Position numbers and translations under genes: made by a program. The notes beneath the pieces were generated by a model. It was given only the letters and a program-made list of their open reading frames with translations, was not told the DNA's origin and made no database searches. A DNA stretch of 63,812 bases, filler included, from Choristocarpus tenellus KU-1152 (Eukaryota > Protista > Phaeophyceae): assembly GCA_964200185.2 (NCBI GenBank). It is 10 parts of 10 records of this genome, joined end to end, with 100 filler letters (N's around TTAATTAATTAA, not from the genome) between each part and the next. Parts side by side here need not be neighbours in the genome. Positions count along the whole stretch, not along the records: positions 40,103 to 53,758 come from CAXNAD020001420.1; positions 53,859 to 56,568 come from CAXNAD020025415.1; positions 56,669 to 60,936 come from CAXNAD020015377.1; positions 61,037 to 63,812 come from CAXNAD020024844.1; 6 more parts are not named here. One strand, written 5' to 3'. This document shows positions 52,750 through 63,812 of this stretch, in pieces. Position 1 is the first letter of the stretch; the number at the start of each line of letters is the position of its first letter.

Positions 52750-53530
52750 GACTCAATTGAATAATTCAACGTTGCACTTTTCATTCCTCCCCAGAACGAT
52801 ACTTGTCCTTCAGTTCCCATTAACCGCATTACGTAACACTTCCTGATGTCCATCATACCATCTTGTTAGTGGTGTCAAGAGTAAGCACTTTCCCTTTTCT
52901 TTATGTGAATTGTATTTCGTATATACCTTGCGCATTGCTCCTTCCTCTGTCAACAAGTACTTGCCCATAAACCTCCATTTCCTTCTCATCTTCCTACAAT
53001 ACCTGAGAGGGTTCAATAAAGACCGAGCACGACAGAGTTCACTCCAGCACATACATGACAAATCTAACTGACTGCTGAGAGAAAGCAAGGCACCATCAAG
53101 GAACGGCGGGGGCGATACTTTGAGGCGGCATGTGATCACAAGTAGGTTAATATCAGCCTCAATAGTGCTGAACTCCTCAACCAAATATCCAACTCCATGG
53201 CATTGACGATGCACCAGGGAAGTTGTAGAAGCAATCCATGCCATGGCAAAAAGGAAGGCGATGAGACCATCTCCGAGCAGAAATTCCGAAACTTGGTCTC
53301 AACAGGGATGAGTCTATCTAGCAGGATTTCCACGAGGTTTCGTTCTCTGCGAGGCACCAGGAGGATGTGCCATAAAATTGGAAGGATGTAGTCAAGAAGG
53401 TGCTCTACTGTGTTGAAGATCTGAACTCTAGGAGACCCTCCAACATGACCGCATATCACTATACTGGCAAATATACTTTCTCCAGAAGGCAAGCTAGTCG
53501 CTTCGGCGCATGTAACCTGTGAATTGGAGA
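52750..53530 (+). mobile_element. Decayed RTE-like LINE, N-terminal part of RT
   Basis: Frameshifted TREVVEAIHAMAKRKAM / AEIPKLGLNRDESI / EDVP.NWKDVVKKVLY matches the EV..AIR.M..GKA..ELLKLGL..VPQ.WKDA.IKVL block. Confidence 0.7.
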
Positions 53531-53689
53531 ACGCACCATGGACTTTGTTGGGGAACGTGACATCTCACTGACTGAGTACAATGAACAAGACGAATACGAC
53601 ATGGACGGGGAATCTGAGAGAGGTTCTTTTGACGACTTCAGTGACGTTACAGAGTCCAACCCACAAGAAACATCGACACCCAAGTACAA

Positions 53690-53758
53690 CTCTCAAAGTA
53701 TCCAGGGGGGGTGGCTGCTGTCAATTTGGGGTCAATTTTTTCATGCCGCGATTTTTGG
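53690..53758 (+). mobile_element. MITE family B, partial (contig end)
   Basis: ctctcaaagtatccaggggggg..gtcaatttggggtcaatttttt. Confidence 0.8.
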
Positions 53759-56110
53759 NNNNNNNNNNNNNNNNNNNNNNNNNNNNNNNNNNNNNNNNNN
53801 NNTTAATTAATTAANNNNNNNNNNNNNNNNNNNNNNNNNNNNNNNNNNNNNNNNNNNNGGGGGGGGGGGGGGGGGGGGGGGGGGGGTGTGGGTTTGTTGG
53901 TTGTGGTGTGGGGTTGGGGGGTTGGTAGGGGTAATGTTGGAGTCCATCCCTCGATCTCTTAGAGCCAAACCAATTAAGAGGCAGGCAGGGTTGCATTTTA
54001 AGGATCCCCAAGAAGGGCAGAAAGGTGCCATTTTGTACATTTGCAGAAAGAGCTTTTGGAATTATGAAATCACTTTGAATGTGGAAAGGGGGAGCATCAA
54101 TTTTGGGCGTACTATAGTGCACTTGAGGAGATGAAATAGTGTAATGCACAAGGTAAGAAGTATGCTTAGAATATAAAAGGGTCTAAACCTGCATACTATT
54201 CGTAGATAGTGCTGCTGATACACATAGACACCACTGGTGGATTATGTAGTAGGATGGAGAGCCAGTGACAGATATAATTATATGTACTGACTCATAGTGT
54301 TGATTTTTTTTAATCATGTTCAAGATACACTTTCTATACTTAAGACAAGTAAATAAGTGATTCATAGTAAATTAGTGTCAACGATTGCAAACCCCACACT
54401 ATAGAAATAACAATGATAATTTAGGCTAGTCTCACCCACCTATTCAGTCAGTGGAATCGAGACCATAAGCCCTCTTGTAATATCAACATTGCACATACAC
54501 ATTAGGCTGTTCATTGTTCTTCATCAAAGCACCAAAGCCGCGGGTCCAGAGTGGGATGCTTTAATACATACCTCTCAATTAGTTTGGTTCTTAACTCAAA
54601 ACCTGCAAAGGTTGACACATGTACTTTCTTCCTCACCATCACTCGTGTTCCTATCTCTTCTCCCTACCATGATGGTATAACGAAAAGTCCATATATGCTA
54701 ACCTGAGTTGGTTCCTTGCATACCATCTTTCTTTCCAGAATTTTGCGTCGATCAATCAATCATTCCAGATTTTGGGAGGCACTAGTCACAGATGGTAGAA
54801 AAATTCGAACTATCCACTTCTTTCAAGTATTACCCCGATCAATCCTGATACCCCCCAAATGGGTACCATTCGAAAACAACGAATCCTAAATGTTGGAGGA
54901 TTAGTACGTAAGACACTAAACAGGATTTGTGGGCAATGATAGCCCAAATTCCCAACTCCCATACGGATATTCTTCGGAGTACAAGGACAACTCACATTCG
55001 CTCAAATCAGCCTGAAACGTCGTGTCAGAAAATGCCGCTCACGAAGTCCAGAAGGGAGAATAAAGAATCAATCAACAAGGGTTCATTGAAAAGGTATTAT
55101 AATCTCGATCATAAAGCACAAGGGAACGACAGCATTAGCGACCATCCTTCTCGCAGAAATGATACTTGAACCGACTCACACCTGCTGTGAGTAAACCCCC
55201 CAACCTTCTCTCCCAAACTAGGCGTATTTACGTTACTCAGCACACGCCAAACTTATCGTATCTTGTGACTGCAATTGTGCCACAATAGTATTATCATTCC
55301 TCAAATCAATGTAGTCAACCCCCCTGAAGTGAAGAGAAGGGAGGATATTGTTCGAGTGCTCACCCAAATACCATTCAAGGTTGAAAGGGTGTAGCAAATC
55401 CTGGGCATGAATCAAGTCATGGGATAGGATTGTCATAAATAGTAATAACTAGGGACCATTCCCCCCACTCTAAGTTGAAAGTTGAACAGGCTCACCCTTA
55501 CTACGTTTCTGACCATGGGTCCATTTAGATATGACTATGGAATCACAATCCCACAAAGTGACCGTTGGAAACCTTTTTTGGTCCCCCTCATGTACGTACC
55601 GTATAGAACGACTGTTCCTGTCTGCCCATCCGTCTGTCTGTCGGTCCATCTATGTCCACTAACACTACAGCTCTCTTCCTTGTGGGCCTATTTTTGTGCC
55701 CACCAATGAGAACACCATTTGAGAGCGAGCTCAAGTCTGGTGCAACCTTCACAACAGGTGCCCCTCATATACTACCAACATCAGTCTAAAACTCTCCTGG
55801 CAATTCCCATCGTCCGCTCTACCTGCATGTGATTATGTATGTATCAACTGCCAGGTCTCTATCTCAGCGTCTGCTTGTGTGCTTGGTTAGTGCCACCACA
55901 CGCACGAATTTGAGAGGCGGTAGGTACCCTGTGCCATGAAGACAATACCAATCAAATACACGATACAGAGGAGAGCCCCTAACAGCGATAAAGGTAGAGT
56001 TGATTCAAGTTGCCTTAATCTGTAGTATATTTTTATCACATGAGGTACGGTTGGGAAGACATGTGAGGAAGAGAGTCATTACTGATAACAGAGCCGTATA
56101 GCCCGACACA

Positions 56111-56369
56111 GAGTGAAATTATCTTAGAGGGTACGAGTTTTGCGCAGTTTGTCCATTTGGGGCTTGGTTTCCCACAGGGATTTTTATGACATTTTCCTAC
56201 TCCGAAACATTTCGGAGTAGGTAAAATGTGTATGTTATGAAAAGGTGTGTCCAGGAAAAGAATATTGGCACTTCCTAACACACATGATAGCCAAAATTAC
56301 ATCAAAATCGCAACATTAGGTTTCGATCCCCAAATGAACGCGGCCCTACCCTCTAAGATACTCTGACTC
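56111..56369 (-). mobile_element. MITE family A, full copy
   Basis: aca|gagtgaaattatcttagagggt ... accctctaagatactctgactc|aca. Confidence 0.9.
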
Positions 56370-56499
56370 ACATAGACAGATGGACGGATGGACGGATGGA
56401 CGGGTGGATGGATGGGGATCACTTGGTTCAGGGTAATTGTTAGTAACGAACTAGCGAAGAAGTCCATTCCACGCTTTGATAATAAAACCCTGATCTGAA

Positions 56500-56568
56500 G
56501 GCTCAAAGTATCTGGGAGGGGGTGGCGGCTGTCCATTTGGGGTCAATGTTTTTATGTCGCGATTTTTG
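56500..56568 (+). mobile_element. MITE family B, partial (contig end)
   Basis: ggctcaaagtatctgggaggg..gtccatttggggtc. Confidence 0.85.
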
Positions 56569-56726
56569 NNNNNNNNNNNNNNNNNNNNNNNNNNNNNNNN
56601 NNNNNNNNNNNNTTAATTAATTAANNNNNNNNNNNNNNNNNNNNNNNNNNNNNNNNNNNNNNNNNNNNCCCCCCCCCCCCCCCCCCCCGTACCTCTTTTG
56701 TGCTCTACATCCACTCCACTGATGCG

Positions 56727-59174
56727 TTAACCCCCTGAAGAATCCCCGTAACTGTTTTTGAAAGCAAACATTCCCAGCGATATTGCCACATCATCTAGGT
56801 GGACCTTACTGGAGAGGTCTAGTTTCAGTCCCACCTCTATCCAGTTAATAAACTCCTCCTTGGTGATTTTTGATGCTGCATCCCTTTTGAAGTGATACAG
56901 TGAACATGCAGTATTGGTGCAAGCCAGATGAGGGTGGTTTGAGGTAAGGAAATCGGGTGTGATTGATGGGGGTGCCGTAGGGCTAGGGTTAGGATTAGGG
57001 TTAGGGTTTCCATTGAAGCTCAGCATGTTTTAAGGAGTTTGTGCTGCTCCTCCTATCATCAATCGGAGTTGAGTCTACTGCTGCAATGTTATTTTTGTTT
57101 TGTGGAGGAGGTGTTTTTTTTTGTATAAAGTATTGAATGATTTGAAGCACAATGCCCCTTTACTAAGTATATACACAATATGTTCAATCTTGGGCTGGCA
57201 AAGACTCAGGATATCTACCCCAAAGTATGTATCTGTGTGTATGTATGGGTCTGTTATGGCACAGTGACAGCACAAACCGATCAGCCAATAAGAAGGCCCC
57301 ATCTGCCAATTGGTCCACTTCTGCATCGCCTAGCAGGTTGTATGAACTCGAAATCTGGAAGGGGTGTTAAATGAATTAAGATTAGACATATCATTTTTGA
57401 GGAGTGAGTCACATGTGGACACAATAACACTAGACATGGCAAATGTCAACATAAGTGAGATGAAAAGGTCGAATCGAGATGACCCCTGAGTTGAAGTAAC
57501 ATGTATGTGTGTGCTGAGTGAGCATGATGCAGCCTTGCTTGAAAGTGGAACAAGTCATAGTGACTGAAAATACATTGTGTAGGGCCAACTGTTTCTACAT
57601 GGGTATTGGCCACAGATAGTAGTAAACTTGCTGCCGGTTCAGGTATTGGTCAGTAAGAATATTTAACAAATATATTCAGTTGCTCTGGTGCATGGAAACC
57701 CTGAGCCAATACACCATCATTGATTGATATGCTACCTAAGCTTTGTTTGGAGGACTTCATATCGATCGTGCAAGTAATAGCACTACTACGTTTTCGTACC
57801 ATTAATAGTACGGACAGGTTTACACATGCCAGGGTGGTATCAAACTCCCCGTCAGGAGGAGATTATGTTGCTCGCAGACGTTGATATGGTCATTAACAGC
57901 AGGAATTGGTGGACTGAGTACTGATCTGACTGCATACTTGGTGTGAAATCCAAGGCAATGAGATGGAGTGGAGTCACCAGGGACTACCTTGCTTTGCTTG
58001 TGTGGAATGCTTAGTGGCAACTGCTTCAAATTGCAGCACCTACAGGTAGCGATGGGGGTTGTACTTGCTATAATAACACCTACTACATACAGGGTAACAC
58101 ACAATGTACAAATTACTCAACCTAAAGTACTGTTACCTTTTAGCCATGTATGCAAGTGGCTCTATCATGTAAATGTCCTAGATGTTGTTCATTTACTTGT
58201 CATGTGAGTAAGTGTGTGACTGCAATTTCTACCCCAAGCTATTTCGATTTGTGCTGCTTCTTCTCTTCTCCCTGACTTTTGCTTGTGGATAGCAAATCTC
58301 ATCCAACATGCTTTCGTGCCCACTATTTGTATACCTTGGAAAGGGCACCCACAACATTGGAGATGCAGCTGGCACACTCATCGTAGGTAATTTCCTGCAG
58401 GCCCTCGAAGTCAAGAAGCTCAAATATGAAGCAGGCCTTTTCCCTGTCATAGAGATCAGTACGCAAGTTACGATACAGAACACAACGCATTGTGATATTT
58501 CTATCCTACCCATTCTTTGCACTTGGCACTGCCAAGATTGTATCATAGACCCCCCTTTATCTTTGGAGCCAATTTGCTGCAGACCCTATCTCCGACGAAT
58601 TGCTTCTAATTATCACGTAATGCTACTATAATAGTCCTACTCTGTAGAAGGCAGGAGCAAGAACCCTCCATGAATAGTCGCCCACATATCCTAGTTTTAC
58701 CGGCATACTCCGTGGCACTGCAGGGCAATAGCTGCAAACAGCTCCAGAGAATAAAGAAGCTCTTCATCGCTCTCCACAAACGTTTCCCAAAATGTTCCAG
58801 TGAGTGGACAGGCGAGTGGCAATGCGGCGGTGATGAGATCCCTCAATTCTGTCTTGTCCATCCCGAAGTCGTAGCAGTCATTCTGGAACAATCAGTACAA
58901 TTTGTTGTACGTCAAGAGTGAAGGTGTCAGACGGAGGATAGTGTAGGGTGTTGAATTGATTTTATTCATGAAAGATGATTTTTTTGAGGCTTAACGCATG
59001 AGGAAGAGATGGCTTCGTGAAGTTGCCTGTCTTCATCGTTTAGTGCCGATTACACACAATATACTGCTGGTGAAGGGCTTTCGCATGATGCAAGTCCCAG
59101 GCCTCAACATCCCGAGGTGATGCCTCGAACACCTGGTTGATAGTTTCCTGTTTGCGAGACCATGCCGATCCCAT
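56727..59174 (-). CDS. EF-hand protein with an N-myristoylation motif (calcineurin-B/NCS-like architecture)
   Basis: Exons 59174-59058 (MGSAWSRKQE...), 58882-58701, 58443 to about 58378 (EKACFIFELLDFEGLQEITYDE), one unresolved exon, 57354-57278 and 56883-56727 (AFLLADRDAASKITKEEFINW..stop). EF-hand-like loops are rebuilt across splice junctions. Confidence 0.8.
57560..58000 (+). mobile_element. Decayed LINE RT remnant (intronic, antisense)
   Basis: MLLADVDMVI resembles LLYADDMVL and is followed by LHTWCEIQG. Confidence 0.3.
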
Positions 59175-59357
59175 CTGGTCACACTCACTTACTAATACAT
59201 GCTGAATTTGCCACTTTCACTTCGGGATCGACTGTGAAACCGAAAAAAAAACCGACCAACACCTTGCTCTGAGACAATGGTCACACAGATCGGTTTTTAG
59301 CCGACCTATCCCTGTACGGCATCTCATGAACGAACTGAGAGACTGCAAAATTAGCTC

Positions 59358-60622
59358 ATGGAGGAAAGGAAGTTTGCCGTAGAGGGGGGATATGTTGATG
59401 AATCCAACACGAAAAAGTTCCAAGCAAACTCCATCCGATCACGACCTCGAAACCTTGTCACCTCGGGACATTTTGTGATGGGAGATGCTGATCATGTCCC
59501 CATGTGGCGGTCAACAAGAGGGCGTTCAAAGACAGAAGTGGCAAATGCAGCTCGATTAGCACGCTGTAAGGCTGGTCAAGTCAGTTTCATTTTTAGGTGG
59601 GAAGGTCACAAAGATGCAATCAAGAACCTTTGATACTCGGCGTTTTTCGCTGCTCACTCGATACACGATCTGTCCTGCGACAACCCACCTAAGATTTTAT
59701 TTGTGCCTTCCCTAGCAGCAACTCCGCAAGGCGCAAACTTCCAGTTGGACACACGACATTTGTCCAAAAGAGAAACTGGAAGGCTGGTCCTTACTCTTCC
59801 AATAGAAAGCAACACATCACAAGGCAGATTACCCCAGCGAAGGTGGTGAAGGGTACAGGCAATGGCAAAGAGCGTTGGCGGGTGGGAGGGTCTACACCAG
59901 CTCGTACCCATAACGCTCGAGTTAGAACGCAGAGTGGATGGAGAAGGGGGACTGGGGTGCGGGAAGGTGGGACACGGACAGTGGGGGTAGACGAGATGGA
60001 CTGTATGATTTCCCGCCTTCGATCGCTCTGGGAAGAGCTCAAGATTCCTCAGCCCGATCGTCTGTTCATTACAGACAAGTACATTGGAACTTGTAGCGGG
60101 AATGTAGGAGGACATAGTGGTATAACAGAAGCCCAGCTCGTAGAGATAGTCAGAGAGCTTACAAACCAGATTGTCCTTCTCCTCCGACATCGAGCTGCAA
60201 CAATCAAGGTGGAGTAAACCTTGCTGTAGAGATGGAAAAAGAGTAGCATTATTTTGTGAATTGTCAAGGTTTAATGTCTCAGAGGCACCAAACCCACTGT
60301 GTTATCATGAGCAAATTGTCCTTAAGCTCTCCAATGCGGTGCTGTTGCTCTTGATATTTCACACGGTCTCTCTGAACCTGGTCCTTGAGGTATAGTAGGT
60401 GTAGAAAGAGGAGGGAAACATACTACCACCCACCAACACGACATACGTACACTCATGCAGGTATTGTTGACTGTGAAAGAGCGTGAAACATGGCTCAGTG
60501 ACTTGCAAGGTGCATACGAGTCTTTTTGTTGGCACAGAGGACGCGACACCGATGCAATAGGGCTCATTGACGCTCTGAAGGGGCTCAGAAATTCCACAAT
60601 TGCTGTTGTGGAAGCAATCCAG
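59358..60622 (+). CDS. Uncharacterised protein, first three exons
   Basis: Exons 59358-59565, 59745-60208 and 60461-60622 are GT-AG and phase-consistent. Helical blocks ISRLRSLWEELKIPQPDR and VLLTVKERETWL..LKGLRNSTIAVVEAIQ. Confidence 0.72.
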
Positions 60623-60790
60623 GTCAGGCTCAGTGCAGCGCTTTGTGTCAATACCATATATCATTACATTACACCATTCCCCGACACATCAATAGTTGAG
60701 TGATGTGGTCGTACTTGTTACTCTTTAATCTTCGAACCACTTCTCAAGAGGAAATAGCATATTCCAGTCAGGAACTCTAGAATTGCAGCA

Positions 60791-60936
60791 GAGCCAAAGT
60801 ATCTTAGAGGGTAGCGCCGCGTCCATTTGGGGGCTAAAATCCAATGTTGCGATTTTGATGTAATTTTGGCTATCGTGTTTGTCAGAAGTGTCAATATCCT
60901 TGTTCCCGACACACCTTTTCATAACGTACATATTTT
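60791..60936 (+). mobile_element. MITE family A, partial (contig end)
   Basis: gagccaaagtatcttagagggtag..gtccatttggggg. Confidence 0.87.
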
Positions 60937-61036
60937 NNNNNNNNNNNNNNNNNNNNNNNNNNNNNNNNNNNNNNNNNNNNTTAATTAATTAANNNNNNNN
61001 NNNNNNNNNNNNNNNNNNNNNNNNNNNNNNNNNNNN

Positions 61037-61068
<32 letters not shown>

Positions 61069-61080
61069 TTCTCCCCTCGT

Positions 61081-61116
<36 letters not shown>

Positions 61117-61888
61117 ATAACCCCCATATTAAACATTCAGTCCCACAAAAAAAACATCATGGTGGTGGAATTGGGATTCAATACATTGACAGGCGTGTGT
61201 CACGAGGGTGGAAGTAAGTACGAGTGAGTTTCACGAACAAGGTAATCGATTTGAATTGCGACCTATTGATGATAGTTCAAACATATGCCCAGGACACAAA
61301 ATCAGGTAAAAGAATATATATATATCTTGTCAAGGCAACTGACTGACAACACACATCGGGCGCATGCAATGCCGACAATGCAGGTATTTTGTTGGGGTTT
61401 TTCACCCTTTCCATTATAACTTAGCATGGTGTGAAAACACACTGCAGGAACAGGACTCATTGACAGACAAGGCAACACACCAAGACCAAACCCCTCAAGA
61501 GAAAGTACATACATACTTCATGTAGTAGTAGTAAAATTTCCATCCAAATCTTCCCACTTCATCTTACTGCAACGCAAACGCATCGGTCTTAGACCACATT
61601 CAATGCAACACAACATCCAGAACTATTTGTAGGATTGTCTACAGCACAAAAACAACCCTCCCCCCCCCCCTTCCCCCATATAATTCATACATCACAACGA
61701 ACAATCACTTGGCTTGAGGTTAGGGTTCTAACCCCAACTCCACCATCAAGCCTAGAGAGCTAACTGGTGTATTGTATACAAAAACAAGAAATAGGTGATA
61801 CTGTACAAAAACGCTTACCAACTATTCATACAAAACCAATACCAATATCAAAGACCATTAACCCCCCCCCCAAAAATCCACCGTTCAC

Positions 61889-63112
61889 CTTGCCCTTGGA
61901 CGAGAAATCTGCTATGGAGACACTGATAGGATATCCCACAGAAATTTCATGGCCATTCAGCTACATGGAAAGGGACACCATGCAACCCGAGGTTTCCATA
62001 CGAGATGGAAGGGATTTGGGGACAGCAGCAGGGGTAGGGCAGGGGCAGGGGGGTAATGAAAGACTTGTAGCTCCTTCAGTAAAGACAAACGGCAACAAAA
62101 CAGAGAATCGCATGCTGGGTCAATGTTATACTTATACCATACTTCAATTAGTCAATGTTACACTTATTCCATACTTCAATTAGTCAATGTTATACTTATT
62201 CCATACTTCAATTAGTCAATGTTATACTTACACCATACTTCAATTAGTCTGACCAAAAACGCTAAAAATTGGAATTGGACTTGTCTCCCTCAAACCCTCT
62301 TTGTGAAATGACCATGGCGATCAACGAACAAAAGCTAATAGATTGATTCCAACAACCAACAGCCATATACCTCCACAACGACAAACTTTCAAGAACCTTC
62401 GCAAGGAACTGGTGAATACATGCCTCCCCATGGTGTTGAACATATTTTTTTCTCTCTCTTATTGCTGCCAACTACACTTCCATAAACCCCTTTTCCCCCC
62501 AGACCTTCAAAAGTTTAGTTGCTTCATCAATGTCCATCCTACCTACCACACCAGTCACCAACAAATGCACCCTCCCCAACCAAATCTATCCTCAGCTCAG
62601 TCCTCTTCATGCACATATTAGCTGCCCCAATGCGATCTCACTAGCTCTCAAAAACCCTACAAAAAAAAAAACTCTAATACATACATACGTCTTTTAAGGA
62701 GTTTGTAGAGAGTTCAACAGTAAACTAATGATATATATACTATTATTACCTCTACAACTAACAGCGGCTTAAACATATCACAAATAAAAATATCACAAAA
62801 AATTAATATAACCCCCCCCCAAAAAAAACAAACAAAACATATGTGAGACAGCACAATACACATTCCTTCATTGCTCAATGCAATCAATACATGTACCATT
62901 TCACAGGAGGAGAAGTTCATTTCTACACACGCCTTCCCACCCCCCACAACTCCATCGATATACCTAACACTCCTGAGTCAGCACCTTAATGCAAGCCATG
63001 TCCACGGAGCCAGGCTTGGAGAAAGTCACAAGCGCATCCCCCTTGGCCGTTCCATCCGGAGTTCGGTAAACTTTGACCTTTCTAACCTTTCCATGCTGAG
63101 AAAATATAAGCT
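61889..63112 (-). CDS. RRM-domain protein, HTATSF1/Cus2-like, two exons
   Basis: 63112-62985 LIFSQHGKVRKVKVYRTPDGTAKGDALVTFSKPGSVDMACIK (RNP1 KGDALVTF) splices in phase to 61960-61889 LNGHEISVGYPISVSIADFSSKGK. Confidence 0.8.
62119..62249 (+). repeat. Intronic tandem repeat, 4 x 32 bp (gtcaatgttatacttataccatacttcaatta)
   Basis: Four head-to-tail units with 1-2 substitutions each. Confidence 0.92.
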
Positions 63113-63812
63113 CTGCCGCAAAAAAAAAAGATGGAAAGGGGGCGGGGGGTTGGCAAGATTTGGGGAGCATACGTTGAGCATAAAAAAAAGAAGGAAATTA
63201 AGATAAATTATTTCACATGTAGGTGCTACACACGGATGCGTGTTCCCCTCTTCGTCTGTGTAGAACTTAACGTTCTTCTCTGATTCAGAACCAAAACACC
63301 AATCCTTGAACAAGAGCCCTAATCTCCTCCACCCTATTCTCTCTTGAATGGTAGTGTGTTTGCATCTCATTTTTGTAGCCCTAACCCTAGAGACTATGAG
63401 CCCACCACTTCCATGTGGAATATGTGTCAACCATTTCTAAGCTTATTTTCACGTGAAAGGAAATTATGGGGGGGGCGGGGGCGGGAAGAACGATGAGGTG
63501 GAACTGGAGGCAGCGAGCAGAGGGTTAAGGGATACCGCCTTGCTAGAGCAACGAACTCCATCTGCACAGGAGTTAAGAAGTTGGTTGAAAGGACTCTAGA
63601 ATACAAATAAAAATATGGTGGGAAAGGAGGAAAAAAAAAAGTATAAGCAAGTATCACCTTTGTGTGCTTTCTTGTTCTCCCCCAAAACCCGAACCCAAAA
63701 CCACCATATAGGATGATGTGTCCACTACTAGGGAGAGACCCACCCCCCCCCCCCCCCCCGCCCCTCCCCCCCCCCCCCCCCCAACCGCCCCCCACCCACG
63801 CCACACGACCCC

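Noticed and set aside
53538-53689. Acidic ORF (MDFVGERDISLTEYNEQDEYD...) as a piggyBac-like N-terminus
   Set aside because: Short and cut by a MITE and the contig end; composition alone is not enough evidence.
62119-62249. 32-bp repeats as a CRISPR array
   Set aside because: Units are head-to-tail with no spacers, lie in an intron of a eukaryotic gene, and have no cas genes nearby.
63215-63305. DWCFGSESEKNVKFYTDEEGN as the upstream exon of the RRM gene
   Set aside because: It looks exon-like, but the phase-1 GT donors I tested create a TAG stop when joined to 63112. Left unassigned.

Overview
Eukaryotic, intron-rich DNA, most likely from a brown alga or close stramenopile relative (inferred from a 7TM-RGS gene, RTE-type LINE remnants resembling brown-algal ones as I recall them, TTAGGG repeats and an EF1B C-terminus ending VQSVDMTSMNRL). 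The window is not one locus. It is 10 contig pieces joined by nine identical artificial 100-nt linkers (44 N + TTAATTAATTAA + 44 N), so adjacency across linkers means nothing. Genes I could assemble from splice sites and reading-frame phase: tRNA-Lys(UUU); the last exon of elongation factor 1-beta; an 11-exon stretch of a long Glu/Ala/Arg coiled-coil gene with two GC-AG introns; a Gfo/Idh/MocA oxidoreductase; a ZC3H11-like triple-CCCH protein; a 7TM-RGS protein; a myristoylation-motif EF-hand protein head-to-head with an uncharacterised gene; and an RRM (HTATSF1/Cus2-like) fragment. Mobile DNA: a decayed Ty1/Copia element (LTR, PBS, gag, PR, IN), several decayed LINEs, possible hAT relics, and two related high-copy MITE families (about 258 bp and about 180 bp; 19 full or partial copies) at which many contigs break. 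The most unusual object is at 3354-3715: perfect 86-bp inverted repeats flanked by TA enclose a 186-bp, about 27% GC, stop-free fragment that reads like a bacterial Tn3-family transposase. It looks like a young eukaryotic TIR element carrying captured bacterial DNA. All protein-family calls come from motif recognition by eye, not from database searches.
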